A stretch of DNA of 64,000 nucleotides. Source: Spirochaetota bacterium. GTDB lineage: Bacteria; Spirochaetota; Spirochaetia; Treponematales; Treponemataceae. The DNA is taken from NCBI GenBank assembly GCA_016285185.1, contig JAEEQG010000031.1, forward strand, positions 4,118-68,117, written 5' to 3'. Under the pieces are notes generated by a model. That model searched no databases. It was not told where the DNA came from and was given only the letters and a program-made list of their open reading frames with translations. Each line of letters begins with the position of its first letter. The first letter of the stretch is position 1. Positions 19,855-30,782 of this stretch are shown here, one piece after another. Made by a program: the position numbers and the translations under genes.

Positions 19855-20541
19855 TCAGTTTTTAAGGAAAGAAAAAACTCCGCCGGGTTTTGTACCTACT
19901 TTAAGCCAGCCTGATGTTCTTCTTACCTGGATTTCTGAAAGAAACGGAAAAAGCCATGTTGCAATTTCGTTGTCATTGTTTACATCTGCACGTACAAGGG
20001 TTGTAAAAACTTGCTTGCTGGCTTCGAAACGAGCTGCAAAGTTTTCTGCAAGCGCAATGAATGCATCTTGTGCAACTGCAAGTGGTATGCTTGCTGGATG
20101 CAGATCTGTTGCGGATTTTTGCGGGTTTGCGCCGGTTCCTGTATATTTTAGTATAAATACTAGTCTGCCAAAACCTTGTTTTTCATACTTTGCGGCGGCT
20201 TCCGAGGCAAGATAGCAGTATCCTAGTATCAGGTCATCAATGGTTCGCGAAAAACCTTCTATATCATTGGACACATATTGTGCAGCAAAAAAAGGTCCGT
20301 CAAATATAAGCAATAATTCGTCCAGCTTTTTATATTTGTTGTCAGCTTTCATCATTACGGTACGGGCGGAAATAGGGGAAGAACGATTCCATGCTATTGA
20401 GTCCGCTTTTAAACCTGATGTGTCTGTCTGAACTCCGGGTGTTGTAGTAATTATAACATCTCTTTCGTTTTCAAGTGCAAGATTTGAATATGTGTTGCCT
20501 GCAGGAAAGTCTTTACCTGCAATGATAGTTGTTTTTCTCAT
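19855..20541 (-). CDS. hypothetical protein, possibly a degenerate Rossmann/SDR-like fold
   Basis: 228 aa. The N terminus KTTIIAGKDFPAGN...VIITT resembles an SDR beta-alpha-beta but lacks the Gly motif. It is co-oriented with mgtC. Confidence 0.35.
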   Translation of the reverse strand: MRKTTIIAGKDFPAGNTYSNLALENERDVIITTTPGVQTDTSGLKADSIAWNRSSPISARTVMMKADNKYKKLDELLLIFDGPFFAAQYVSNDIEGFSRTIDDLILGYCYLASEAAAKYEKQGFGRLVFILKYTGTGANPQKSATDLHPASIPLAVAQDAFIALAENFAARFEASKQVFTTLVRADVNNDNEIATWLFPFLSEIQVRRTSGWLKVGTKPGGVFSFLKN

Positions 20542-20613
20542 AGTTATAAGTATAGAACATCATTCAGAACCACTCAAGTGGAAAATTCACAAAATATTGT
20601 ATTGGGAAATAAT

Positions 20614-22524
20614 TCAATTTGCAAACTCTGCCAGATATTCCCATCTTTGTGTTTTTTCCTGTATGAGACCTAGAACTGTTTCGTATCTTTTTTGTTTTTC
20701 ACCAATCGTTGCACTGCTTGATGCAGTTTCCGGACTTGAAAAAAAGGTTTCCAGTTCTGCTTTTTCTTCTTCCAGTGCAGAAATAACGTCCATAAGTCCG
20801 TCAAATTCCTGCTTTTCTTTAAATGTAAGTCGTTTTTTTTCTTCTTTTTGCGGTGTGGAACTTTTTTTATCCCTATCAGTCTCCGTCTTTTTTTCTTTTG
20901 CAGAATCTGTTGATTCTTTTTCAGTCAAATATGCGCGATAATCGGCATAACCACCTGCAAAGTAAGAAATGTTTCCGTTACCGTCAAAAACAAAAAGAAA
21001 ATCCGTAACGGAATCCAAAAAGGCCCGGTCGTGTGAAACTGTAAGAATACAGCCGTCAAAGTCTTTTAAAAAATCTTCCAGTATGCTGATTGTCTGAATA
21101 TCAAAATCGTTTGTAGGTTCATCGAACAACAGGAAATTCGGTGCTGCCGCAAGAATCTGGATAAGTTGTAGCCTGCGTAATTCTCCGCCTGATAAATATG
21201 AAAGCTTTTGATTGAACATTTCTTGCGGAAACAGGAATTTTTCCAAAAACTGTTCAATGGAACACATTGTTCCGTCCTTTAGTTTTACGTGCCGTGCGAT
21301 GTTCCGCATATATTCAAGAACGGTAAGTTCCCTGTCTACAAACTTTGCAGTCTGGTCAAAGTAGCCGAATACGGTGTTTACTCCGCAGTCCGCTTCGCCT
21401 GACGAAACCGGGGTTCTGCCTGCAATCATATCGAGGAACGTTGACTTGCCGCTGCCGTTGGGACCGATGATGCCGATTCGCTCTCCTTTGGTAAATTCAT
21501 AGGAAAACGGGTTTATTACGTTTTTGCCGTTTTCCCAGCTTTTGCAAACATTTTTTAGGTTAAGAACTTTACCTCCCAGCCTGTGGCTTACGGCTGAAAA
21601 TTCTTCCATCTGTGTCTGCTTTGCGTGACGCTCATCAAGCATTGCCTGAATCCGTGCTTTTCTGTGCGAATCTTTTAGTGCGCGCGCTTTAGGTCCGCGT
21701 TTGAGCCATTCAAGTTCCACCGTAAGAATTGCTTCGCGTCTTGCGTCGTGGCGGGCCTCTTCTTCGGCACGTTCTTTTTTACGCCTTAAATATGTAGAAA
21801 AGTTTCCTTCATATTTATTGATTTTACAGCGGTCAATGTCCAGCATCACGTTACATACCGAATCAAGAAACCAGCGGTCATGCGTTACAAGAATGAATGT
21901 GCCGGAGTACGATAAAAGCTTTTTTTCCAGCCATTCTATTGTTTCAATATCAAGGTGGTTTGTCGGCTCATCAAGCAGAAGCAGTTTGGGGTGCGATGTA
22001 AAAACCCTTGCCAGCGCAGCTTTTTTTACCATTCCGCCTGACAGTGTACTCATAAGATTATCCAAACATTCATACATTCCGAGTTCCGAAAGAAGTGACT
22101 CGTATGTGTGTTCCAGCGCGAATCCGTTTTGTTCTTCCATCTGTTGGGTTAGTTTTGTGAGTTTTTGTTGAAGAGCTTTGTTCTCGGTTTTTGATGATGA
22201 AACCTCGTGCAGACATGCCTCATATTCCGCAACAAGCTTTAAAAGCGGAGCTCTTCCCGCGTACAAAAAGCTTTTTATGGTGGTGTCCGCATCAAAAGCG
22301 GGACGCTGTTCAAGGATGTCTACTGTTAACTCACGGCTGAGGGCTATAGAACCACTGTCTGTTGGTTCCTCGTTCAGCAGCAGGCGTAAAAACGTGGATT
22401 TTCCGCAGCCGTTAGGACCTACAAAACCGATCCGTTCGCCCTCGTCAATGCCAAAGCTTACGCCGGTAAAGAGCGGAGTTTCTTTTACATTTTTGGAAAC
22501 ATCTTTTATTGAAACAATATTCAT
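20614..22524 (-). CDS. ABC-F family ATPase (Uup/EttA-like, two NBDs plus a C-terminal coiled-coil)
   Basis: Two Walker A sites (GPNGCGKST, GPNGSGKST), two signatures (LSGGM, LSGGE), no TM domain, and a charged linker and tail. Confidence 0.9.
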   Translation of the reverse strand: MNIVSIKDVSKNVKETPLFTGVSFGIDEGERIGFVGPNGCGKSTFLRLLLNEEPTDSGSIALSRELTVDILEQRPAFDADTTIKSFLYAGRAPLLKLVAEYEACLHEVSSSKTENKALQQKLTKLTQQMEEQNGFALEHTYESLLSELGMYECLDNLMSTLSGGMVKKAALARVFTSHPKLLLLDEPTNHLDIETIEWLEKKLLSYSGTFILVTHDRWFLDSVCNVMLDIDRCKINKYEGNFSTYLRRKKERAEEEARHDARREAILTVELEWLKRGPKARALKDSHRKARIQAMLDERHAKQTQMEEFSAVSHRLGGKVLNLKNVCKSWENGKNVINPFSYEFTKGERIGIIGPNGSGKSTFLDMIAGRTPVSSGEADCGVNTVFGYFDQTAKFVDRELTVLEYMRNIARHVKLKDGTMCSIEQFLEKFLFPQEMFNQKLSYLSGGELRRLQLIQILAAAPNFLLFDEPTNDFDIQTISILEDFLKDFDGCILTVSHDRAFLDSVTDFLFVFDGNGNISYFAGGYADYRAYLTEKESTDSAKEKKTETDRDKKSSTPQKEEKKRLTFKEKQEFDGLMDVISALEEEKAELETFFSSPETASSSATIGEKQKRYETVLGLIQEKTQRWEYLAEFAN

Positions 22525-22530
22525 AAGCTT

Positions 22531-22581
22531 ATGATAGAATACTTAATGATATTGCACAATCCTGCAAAATATGGATATATT
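22531..22581. promoter_or_regulatory. back-to-back divergent promoters for the ABC-F gene (-) and glnA (+) with overlapping -35 elements
   Basis: Plus strand: TTGCAC 22552-22557, 18 nt, TATATT 22576-22581, 5 nt, ATG 22587. Minus strand: TTGTGC (22559..22554), 17 nt, TATCAT (22536..22531), 6 nt, ATG 22524. Confidence 0.4.
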
Positions 22582-22586
22582 GTTTT

Positions 22587-23918
22587 ATGCAAACCTACAC
22601 AAAAGAAGACATTCTTAAATATGTAAAAGAAAATGAAATCCGTTTTATACGACTTCAGTTTACAGACATCCTTGGTTCCCTTAAAAATGTAGCAATTACC
22701 TCAAGCCAGCTTGAAAAAGCGTTGGATAATCAGTGCATGTTCGATGGTTCTTCCATAGAAGGATTTGTCCGAATTGAAGAATCGGATATGAAACTTCACC
22801 CCTATTTGGACAGTTTTGTTCAGTTCCCGTGGCGAAAAGCTCCTGATTCTGTTGCCAGGCTTATTTGTGATGTTTACAAGCCGGACGGAACGCCTTTTAA
22901 CGGTTCTCCAAGGCAAGTCCTGAAGAATGTTCTGGAAGAAGCAGCCGGAATGGGCTATTGCTTCAACGTGGGACCGGAATGTGAATTCTTTTTGTTCAGA
23001 AACGATGAAAAAGGCAAACCTACGCTCAAAACCTTTGATGATGCAGGTTATTTTGATATGGGGCCGGTGGATCCGGGTGAAGATGTTCGCCGCGACATTG
23101 TGCGTACTTTGGAAAAAATGGGTTTTGAGATAGAAGCCTCACACCACGAGTGTGCGCGCGGACAACATGAAATTGACTTTAAGTACGGTGATGCGCTTAC
23201 AACCGCCGACAGGGTAATAACATTCAAACTGGTTGTAAAGACAATCGCCAACAAATACGGTTTGCACGCAACTTTTATGCCCAAACCCATATTCGGTATT
23301 GCGGGCAGCGGTATGCACCTCAATCTTTCAATGTCAAAGGACGGTAAAAACGTTTTCTGCGACGAGAAGGACAGTCTTGGCTTGAGCAAAGAAGCATACA
23401 GCTTTATTGCCGGAGTTATGGAACACATAAGAGGAATTACCGCAATTACAAATCCTCTTGTAAATTCATACAAGCGCCTTGTGCCGGAATTTGAGGCACC
23501 TGTTTACATTGCCTGGTCTGCACAAAACCGCAGTCCGCTTATACGCGTGCCTGCCGCACGTGGCAAAGGAACTCGCATAGAGCTGCGTTCCGCTGACCCA
23601 AGTGCCAATCCGTACCTTGCACTGGCTGTAACGATTGCCGCCGGCCTTGACGGAGTAAAGCGCAACCTTACGCCGCCACCTGCCGTTGACGGTAACATCT
23701 ACGCAATGACACCCGCACAGCGTAAGCGGCTAAAAATCGGTTCTCTGCCGGAATCACTGGAAGAAGCGCTTATTGAGCTTAAAAAGGACAAACTCGTCTG
23801 TGCTACACTCGGTCAGCATGTGCTTGAAAAATACATAGAAGCCAAGGAAATCGAATGGCACGAGTACAAAACGCGTGTCAGCCAGTGGGAAATTGACCGA
23901 TATCTTTCAAAATACTAA
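22587..23918 (+). CDS. glnA: glutamine synthetase type I
   Basis: 443 aa. [35 protein letters not shown] and [17 protein letters not shown] are all present. Confidence 0.95.
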   Translation: MQTYTKEDILKYVKENEIRFIRLQFTDILGSLKNVAITSSQLEKALDNQCMFDGSSIEGFVRIEESDMKLHPYLDSFVQFPWRKAPDSVARLICDVYKPDGTPFNGSPRQVLKNVLEEAAGMGYCFNVGPECEFFLFRNDEKGKPTLKTFDDAGYFDMGPVDPGEDVRRDIVRTLEKMGFEIEASHHECARGQHEIDFKYGDALTTADRVITFKLVVKTIANKYGLHATFMPKPIFGIAGSGMHLNLSMSKDGKNVFCDEKDSLGLSKEAYSFIAGVMEHIRGITAITNPLVNSYKRLVPEFEAPVYIAWSAQNRSPLIRVPAARGKGTRIELRSADPSANPYLALAVTIAAGLDGVKRNLTPPPAVDGNIYAMTPAQRKRLKIGSLPESLEEALIELKKDKLVCATLGQHVLEKYIEAKEIEWHEYKTRVSQWEIDRYLSKY

Positions 23919-26225
23919 GACTTCTGCAATTTTAGGTGCAATGACGTTGTAGCCGTTAGCATTCAAATGCAATCCGTCGTCAGTATAAGAACTATTTAAA
24001 AGTCCTTTATCGTCTGCCAAAAGTTCTGTAAAATCAAGAACCAAATCCGGTGCATATTTTTTTGGAAAAGCTTTTATTGCATCATTTATGATTTTAATAC
24101 GGGGTAGATAATTCTTTTCTTCGTTATCTGGGCTCCGTGGATACAGTGCTTGTAGTACGATTTTTGTTTTTGGCAGTTTTTGCCTTAACAGAATAACAAT
24201 ATCCTTAATAATGCCGATTATTTGTCCGTTGGAACAGAATGGCAGATTGTTTGTACCTGTAAGCAGTACTAGTGTTTTAGGCAAAAGCCCGTCTAATTCC
24301 CCTTCTTGAATACGCCACAGTAGCTGGTCAGAAGTTTCTCCTCCGATACCGAAGTTTTCAGGACTGAATTTTGAGAAATATTTATTCCAAATATAAAGAT
24401 TGTCTTCCCATCGACGTGTCAGAGAATCACCTAAAAAAACGGTTTTGGCAGCATCTTTGCCCCTGAGTATAAGGCGGTTCCGTTTGTCCGTAAGTGTCGC
24501 ATGGCGTGCAAGATGCTCGCCTGAGGTAAGTGGTCGTACAATAAGTGGAAATGCATTAAAAAACTGCTTTTCATTGGAAACATAATCAAAGAATTTTACC
24601 CTTGCAACTGAATCGGAATTTGAGCCTGTCGCAAAAACACCTGCAACTGTGCCAACAAAACTACCTGAGTATTCGGTTGAAAGGCAGCTGGAATCAATGT
24701 TTGTTTTGACAGGTTCTGCAAGAAGAGCATTTCGGTTACCAAGATTATCCGTTTTTGTAATGTAGAATGAGAGAACCTGGGAAACAGACTGTATTGTAAG
24801 TATAATAAAAACTTCTGCAGGAAAGTCTTTTTCATCAATTTTTTCGTTGAAACATACAGATTCCTTGCCGCCGATTATCGTTACAATCTGTAGAATCCTT
24901 TCTTTCCCGTTTGAAGTTATTTCATAACGATAATGATAATCTTCGTTCTGAAAAAGTACGATGCCTGCTTTTTCTGTTTTTGTTTTAGGGCTGAATTGTA
25001 TAGACGCAGACAGAGTCCAGCTGTGATCCATCAGTCTGCGTCCTGCAAAAGAGACATCCTCCGTTGATGAAAGCGGCGCACCTTTGCATGAGAGAACAAG
25101 TGTACCATCACTTTTGTCGAATGAAATCAGTTTTTGGTTACGTATTGTGAGCCAGTGTAAGGGCAGCTTTTGGTTTTCAAAAGTTTGCCTTGCGGGTAAA
25201 TCTCTTATAGTATGGTTTTGCTTGTTATTAATTTTTTGGGGGATATATAGTATGGAATATTGTTTCGCAAGTATTCCGGTTTCGCGCGATACAACAGGCC
25301 ATTCGTCCTCCCATGTAACTGGAGCAAAGAATGTTTCTCTTCCTAGTGGACAAGTTCTTCTATGTGGAGCTTTTTCGGTCAGTGGATTGAGGCAGGTTCG
25401 TGATCCGAGACAAACCAGATACCAGTTCCCGTCAGGATCATCAAACATGTCGGCATGTCCAACATTAATAATATCTGCAGTTTTGCCCAAATGCCGGTGT
25501 GTGAGAATCGGGTTTGCTTTTTTGCCGACCCAACCTTCTGTAATTGTCTTGGAACGTGCAATCATAACCGAGTGTTCCATTGCAGTTCCGCCTTCGGCAA
25601 TCATGAGGTAATACCAGTTCCCTATCTTATAGATATGTGGTCCTTCCGGCCATACACTGAATTTTAGTGCGCCCTGCCAGATGGCCAGGGGAGAACCTTT
25701 CATTGTTATTTTACCGTGTTTAATATCGGAAAAATCCAGTTCCTGCAGCCAGATTTCGCAGTTACCATCGTATTGAGAACGGTCGGGCGGAACACATCTG
25801 TTTCCGACATACCAAACTTTGTCATCATCAAAGAATAAAGACGGGTCTATTCCTTCCGCCTGCGGCAGCCATATTGGGTCTGACCAGTCTTTTGAGGGAT
25901 CTTTTGTGGTAATCACAAAGTTTCCGCCGTTATCTATCATTGTGCAGACTATGTAAAAGGTCCCTTTGTGATAGCGTATTGTAGGAGCAAAAAGACCTCG
26001 TGTTATGCTGTTGTTCGTAAAATCCAACTGGTTTTCGCGGTTTATGGCATTAGCGATTTGTGTCCAGTTTACCAAATCTTTGCTGTGGAATACCGGTAAG
26101 CCAGGAAAATAGGCAAAGGATGAATTTACTAGATAAAAGTCATCACCAACCCTGCAAATTGACGGATCAGGATAAAATCCCGGCAGAATCGGGTTTTTTA
26201 CAACCGGTAATAATGGATTGATCAT
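23907..26225 (-). CDS. GH43 beta-xylosidase/alpha-L-arabinofuranosidase fused to a C-terminal SGNH/GDSL esterase domain
   Basis: N terminus [27 protein letters not shown] (GH43), a central beta-sandwich, and a C terminus with FLGDSLT, LLTGTNN and DDGLHLN (SGNH blocks). The ATG at 26225 follows an SD (aggag). It overlaps the glnA 3' end by 12 bp. Confidence 0.8.
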   Translation of the reverse strand: MINPLLPVVKNPILPGFYPDPSICRVGDDFYLVNSSFAYFPGLPVFHSKDLVNWTQIANAINRENQLDFTNNSITRGLFAPTIRYHKGTFYIVCTMIDNGGNFVITTKDPSKDWSDPIWLPQAEGIDPSLFFDDDKVWYVGNRCVPPDRSQYDGNCEIWLQELDFSDIKHGKITMKGSPLAIWQGALKFSVWPEGPHIYKIGNWYYLMIAEGGTAMEHSVMIARSKTITEGWVGKKANPILTHRHLGKTADIINVGHADMFDDPDGNWYLVCLGSRTCLNPLTEKAPHRRTCPLGRETFFAPVTWEDEWPVVSRETGILAKQYSILYIPQKINNKQNHTIRDLPARQTFENQKLPLHWLTIRNQKLISFDKSDGTLVLSCKGAPLSSTEDVSFAGRRLMDHSWTLSASIQFSPKTKTEKAGIVLFQNEDYHYRYEITSNGKERILQIVTIIGGKESVCFNEKIDEKDFPAEVFIILTIQSVSQVLSFYITKTDNLGNRNALLAEPVKTNIDSSCLSTEYSGSFVGTVAGVFATGSNSDSVARVKFFDYVSNEKQFFNAFPLIVRPLTSGEHLARHATLTDKRNRLILRGKDAAKTVFLGDSLTRRWEDNLYIWNKYFSKFSPENFGIGGETSDQLLWRIQEGELDGLLPKTLVLLTGTNNLPFCSNGQIIGIIKDIVILLRQKLPKTKIVLQALYPRSPDNEEKNYLPRIKIINDAIKAFPKKYAPDLVLDFTELLADDKGLLNSSYTDDGLHLNANGYNVIAPKIAEVLVF

Positions 26226-26291
26226 AAACACTCCTGTTTTTCTTTACTTTTTGTAATAAAAGTAGCGCACAGATGTTATTAATCTGTCAAG

Positions 26292-28310
26292 TTATTTATC
26301 TACAAAGCTCAAAAAATACGATACGCATACATTCTGCCATTCGTGGGCATCTTTTACCTGTATATTGAGTTTGTTCAAAACCGATTCATAAGAGTCTGAA
26401 TCAACTTCGTTTTTTATGGATATCCATTTATCACGCAATTCTTCAGCTTGTTCAACTCCTTTTTTATATAAAAAAACAAGTTCTTCTTTGAGCGTTCTTC
26501 CTGAAGAAAGGACGTAATTCCATGGCACATGATGGAACCACAGCAGGTATTTTTCGGGGCAAGTTTTAAGGTTCCCGAATAGTTTTTTATTGTGTTCCGA
26601 ATATTGTGATATTGCATTTGAGCCTGTTTCTGTGCGGTCAAAACCAAGACCGACACTATCCGCTCTGTGATAGTACCGCGGTTTCCAGTCTTCTCTCTCA
26701 CCTTCGTCACACGCTGGATCCGGTCCGTAATGATGGTTGTATTTCATTATATGATGCAGACCTAAGGGAGTCATATAGTTGATACAGGCTTCCCAGGAAT
26801 TTGTAAGAATAAACATTATTGCATTTATGAGTTTTACGTTGTGACCCCATGTGCAGACTGCCCATTCCCGCGCAATATCGTTTGTATCTGCTTCATAATC
26901 CCAGGCTAGCATTCCGTATGCAAAAAGATTTGCTGGATGAAATAGTGAACCGCACCAATCATCATTATCACCAGTGTTGGAGACAGCCGCAAATCCACTG
27001 CCGTCTTTTTCTGCAAGTATTTTACCGACCGTAGTGCCCTTACCGCTTGCAAAGGTGTCAAAAGTCAGTATTTCTTTCCACATTGGGGCAAGATAAACAA
27101 GGTGATTGCCCTGTCCTAAATATTCCTGAGTAATTTGAAATTCCATAAACAGGTTTGTATTGGGCATAGCTCCAAAAAGAGGATGAACCGGTTCCCTCGG
27201 TTGAAAATCTATTGCTCCGTTTTTAATTTGTAAAATTGCATTAGGCAAAAATTTCCCATCTAAAGGCTGAAAATCACTATAGGCTTTTTTTGCTCGATCT
27301 GTTTCGCCCTGTCCGTATACAAAAGCACGCCATATTATGCGTCCGCCGTATTTTTGCAATATACGGGCAAACATGTTTGCACCTTCAGCATGGTTTTTGC
27401 CATAAGCAAAAGGTCCGGGCTGTCCCTCTGAATCGGCTTTCATCAAAAAACCGCCAAAGTCGGGAATGAGTTCGTAAATTTCTTTTATTTTATCAGTCCA
27501 CCACTGTATTACGTTGTTGTCAGCAGGATCTGCTGAGGAAAGTTTCCCTAACAGTATGGGGCTTGCAAAATTGACGGACAGATAAATGGTTATTCCATAC
27601 CTGCGCAAAACATCCGCTATTGCAGCTGTTTTTGTTAAGTATTCGCAGGAAAGGATTTCGGGCTGTGTATTTACGTTGTTCAATACAGAGGCGTTTATGC
27701 CTACAGAAGCGCATATTCTTGCGTAGGCTTTGTAACGGGAACTGATTTTTTGTGGAAGTTCGTCCCATTTCCAGAGTGATTTACCTGCATATCCGCGTTC
27801 TATGGATCCGTCAAGATTGTCCCAGTGATTAAGCATTCTGAAAGATGTTTTTGGTTCTGAAAAAATGTTTAGTGAGGATATTTCTTTTTGTTGTTGCAAA
27901 AGTCTTATGAATTTAAAAGTTCCATAAAGAATGCCTTTTGATGATATGGCTGTTATGACCGTGATTTGCTTTTGACCGTTTTTTGCAGTTTTTATTACAT
28001 AGCCATCATTTTTTGGTATTTTATGAATTTGAATTAGTTTTCTGACAGAATCCGGAATCAGATTGTATGTACCGATTACAAGTCCTTCTGTTTTGTCATA
28101 AATGGTATTAGCATATGTAATCTTAATCTGTTTGTTCGAAAAAGTACCTAAAGCCAATTTTAGTTCTTCTTCAGCTGATGTAAGAATGTGGTCCTGTTTT
28201 TTATTGCTTGTAAGAATCAGTACTTTTGTAAGGATTTGTCTGTATTTGTCTGAAAAAGCTTTGTTTTGCCTTTTATAATTTAACCATACGTTGTAGCCGA
28301 GCCCGCTCAT
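26292..28310 (-). CDS. aguA: GH67 alpha-glucuronidase
   Basis: About 672 aa. RMLNHWDNLDGSIERGYAGKSLW and a TIM-barrel middle domain are typical of GH67. I prefer the ATG at 28310 over the TTG at 28316. Confidence 0.8.
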   Translation of the reverse strand: MSGLGYNVWLNYKRQNKAFSDKYRQILTKVLILTSNKKQDHILTSAEEELKLALGTFSNKQIKITYANTIYDKTEGLVIGTYNLIPDSVRKLIQIHKIPKNDGYVIKTAKNGQKQITVITAISSKGILYGTFKFIRLLQQQKEISSLNIFSEPKTSFRMLNHWDNLDGSIERGYAGKSLWKWDELPQKISSRYKAYARICASVGINASVLNNVNTQPEILSCEYLTKTAAIADVLRRYGITIYLSVNFASPILLGKLSSADPADNNVIQWWTDKIKEIYELIPDFGGFLMKADSEGQPGPFAYGKNHAEGANMFARILQKYGGRIIWRAFVYGQGETDRAKKAYSDFQPLDGKFLPNAILQIKNGAIDFQPREPVHPLFGAMPNTNLFMEFQITQEYLGQGNHLVYLAPMWKEILTFDTFASGKGTTVGKILAEKDGSGFAAVSNTGDNDDWCGSLFHPANLFAYGMLAWDYEADTNDIAREWAVCTWGHNVKLINAIMFILTNSWEACINYMTPLGLHHIMKYNHHYGPDPACDEGEREDWKPRYYHRADSVGLGFDRTETGSNAISQYSEHNKKLFGNLKTCPEKYLLWFHHVPWNYVLSSGRTLKEELVFLYKKGVEQAEELRDKWISIKNEVDSDSYESVLNKLNIQVKDAHEWQNVCVSYFLSFVDK

Positions 28311-28357
28311 ATACAAATTATATCATACATTTTGTTTCGTAGGAAAATCGTTTTTTA

Positions 28358-28386
28358 TCGACATTCTTTTTCATTTCTTGTAAAAT
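28358..28386 (+). promoter_or_regulatory. sigma-70-type promoter TCGACA-17-TAAAAT; the -10 ends 6 nt before the ctp ATG
   Basis: TCGACA at 28358-28363, TAAAAT at 28381-28386, ATG at 28393, no SD. Confidence 0.45.
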
Positions 28387-28392
28387 AACTTT

Positions 28393-29934
28393 ATGAATTT
28401 ATTTAGGAAAAACGGCGTTAAATCTTTTTGGCCGGTTGTTTTTACTATTTGTGCAGTTTTTGCATTTCTGGCTGTTTTTTCTCCTGCTGTATGGGCACAG
28501 GGATATAAAGAAGAAACAGAAAAAACTTCTGACAATACAGAAGCTGTTGTAAACAAAAAAGTACGTTCAGAGCAGTATTCTGAAATGCTGCGTTCAGTGT
28601 TCTCTTTTGTAGAACAAAATTATGTTGATGAACTTGACGCAGTAAAGCTTTATGAAGGTGCAATGCGCGGTCTTATGGAATCTATTGGTGATCCTCATAC
28701 GGTTTATCTTGATAGTTCCGAAATGCGCGGAATAAATGACACAACACACGGCAATTTTGGTGGTGTAGGACTCTCGATTTCAAAGCCGGTGGTATCTACT
28801 CCTGAAAAGCCTGCCTATGTTGAAGTTGCATCCCCTATAGAAGATACACCTGGTTGGCGTGCCGGAATTCAGGCAGGTGACCTCCTTGTTTCAATTGATG
28901 GAACTGCAACTCCTGACATTACAATGGAAGAAGTTTTAGGGCTTTTGCGCGGTGAAGTAGGCAAACCTGTTTCGGTAACCGTAAGACGCGGAAAAAATAT
29001 CGAGTTTACTGTTTCAATGATAAGAGAAGTTATTGAAGTTCCGACCGTAAAATACGGAATGATTGGTTCTGATACGGGTTACATAAGGATTATTGAGTTT
29101 ACACCCCAGACACCGGAAAGGGTTCAACAGGCTCTCGATTCTTTTACTGAAGCCGGTTACAAATACCTGCTTATTGATTTGCGAAATAATCCCGGCGGCT
29201 TGATTAACAGCGCGGCGCAGGTTGCGGACAAATTTATCAGCGAAGGTGTAATTGTTTCAACACGCGGCAGATACAAGGAAGACACCGTTGTATTCAGCGC
29301 TAAAAAGTCAAAGACTACTATTCCTGCGGATATTCCGATCGTTGTTTTGATAAATAAAGGTTCAGCAAGCGCTTCTGAAATTTTGTCGGGTGCGCTGAAA
29401 GACCATCATCTTGCATATCTTGTAGGTGAAAAGACATACGGGAAAGGTTCCGTCCAGCAGGTTGTTCCCCTCAATCTTAACAATGACGGCTTAAAGCTTA
29501 CCACCGCGCGCTATTATACGCCCAGTGATTCTAACATTGATAAGGTTGGTATTCCACCGGACAGGGAAGTTCTGTTTCCTCCGATGTCAGAAGAAGAAGA
29601 AAAAGCTTATCAGAAGCTTGTTGAAAGCTCTGTTGTTGAAAATTACGTTGCGGAACATCCTGGCATGACAAAACAGCAGATAGCCGCTTATGCGCAGGAA
29701 TTGCAGAAAACTTATGCGCTTGAACTGCGCGTTCTACGGAAGATAATCTCTAATGAAGTATACAGAATCGGTACACAACCGATTTGTGATCTGGATTATG
29801 ATTTGCAGCTCGTTGAGGCATTGTCAATTTTACGCAACGAGGATTTTAAGAAGCTGATGAAAAAAACAAAGACAATCAGTGAATTACAGGCGGAGGCGAA
29901 AGCTGCCGAGCAAGAAGGAGAAGCAAAGAAATAA
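28393..29934 (+). CDS. ctpA: S41 carboxyl-terminal processing protease
   Basis: Signal peptide, a PDZ region (GIQAGDLLVSIDG), and the S41 catalytic region (NPGG, GSASASEILSGALKD). Confidence 0.85.
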   Translation: MNLFRKNGVKSFWPVVFTICAVFAFLAVFSPAVWAQGYKEETEKTSDNTEAVVNKKVRSEQYSEMLRSVFSFVEQNYVDELDAVKLYEGAMRGLMESIGDPHTVYLDSSEMRGINDTTHGNFGGVGLSISKPVVSTPEKPAYVEVASPIEDTPGWRAGIQAGDLLVSIDGTATPDITMEEVLGLLRGEVGKPVSVTVRRGKNIEFTVSMIREVIEVPTVKYGMIGSDTGYIRIIEFTPQTPERVQQALDSFTEAGYKYLLIDLRNNPGGLINSAAQVADKFISEGVIVSTRGRYKEDTVVFSAKKSKTTIPADIPIVVLINKGSASASEILSGALKDHHLAYLVGEKTYGKGSVQQVVPLNLNNDGLKLTTARYYTPSDSNIDKVGIPPDREVLFPPMSEEEEKAYQKLVESSVVENYVAEHPGMTKQQIAAYAQELQKTYALELRVLRKIISNEVYRIGTQPICDLDYDLQLVEALSILRNEDFKKLMKKTKTISELQAEAKAAEQEGEAKK

Positions 29935-30782
29935 TGCGCCAGTTCATATTGGACAGGGAGCTGAATGAATTCGGTCAAGTTACTTTGTCAGGAAAAGATT
30001 ACAGGTATTTGGCGCAGGTCTTGCGTGTTCAGCCTGGATCGTTGATTCCTGTCCGGATGAATAACGGTGTTTTGGCGGATTTTGTTGTGGAATCTGTTGC
30101 AAAAAATACACTTGTGTTAAAAAAAACGGATTCTAATACGGTAAAAGCAGTTTGCAACGAAAGTAGCAGTGGTGTAGCAGGAGGGGTGAGGGCGCAAACT
30201 CTCGAAAAGAAAATCCCTTTTTGCCGGATTTGGTTATTACAATGTATGCCGAAAGCTTCAAAGCTTGATACAATTATACGACAAGCTGTGGAAACCGGCG
30301 TTGAAAGGATTTTTCCTGTTGTAAGTGACCGTTCTGTGTATGAAAAGGCAAAAACGGTTGAAAAAAAAGACCGCTGGAATCGTATTGTGAAAGAAGCCAG
30401 ACAACAGTCAGCATCACCACAGGAAACATTTTTGGAATCTCCTTCAGAAATGACGATTGTGCTGGAAAAAATGAAGGTTTTACTGGATAAAGAAAAAATG
30501 ATGCAAAATGATTTTTCATCAGTTTCGCTTGTTCTTACGGAATCACGTTTGGAAGATCGTTCTTTGCATGGTAGTCTCAGGGGAAAACCGGATGTAATAA
30601 TACTTGCAGTAGGATCGGAAGGGGGAATAAGTCCTTCTGAAATGCAGGCATTACGAAGTAGCGGTTTTTTGCCGATCCATTTTGAGACTAATGTCCTTAG
30701 AACAGAAACCGCCGCTGTTTATGGAATTTCAGCGGTACAAACAATTATGACGGAGTTTGAAACATGGCAATTCAGAGAATAA
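29934..30782 (+). CDS. rsmE: 16S rRNA (uracil1498-N3)-methyltransferase
   Basis: MRQFILD start, PUA-like N terminus, and the SPOUT C terminus VGSEGGISPSEM. The ATG overlaps the ctp stop. Confidence 0.75.
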   Translation: MRQFILDRELNEFGQVTLSGKDYRYLAQVLRVQPGSLIPVRMNNGVLADFVVESVAKNTLVLKKTDSNTVKAVCNESSSGVAGGVRAQTLEKKIPFCRIWLLQCMPKASKLDTIIRQAVETGVERIFPVVSDRSVYEKAKTVEKKDRWNRIVKEARQQSASPQETFLESPSEMTIVLEKMKVLLDKEKMMQNDFSSVSLVLTESRLEDRSLHGSLRGKPDVIILAVGSEGGISPSEMQALRSSGFLPIHFETNVLRTETAAVYGISAVQTIMTEFETWQFRE

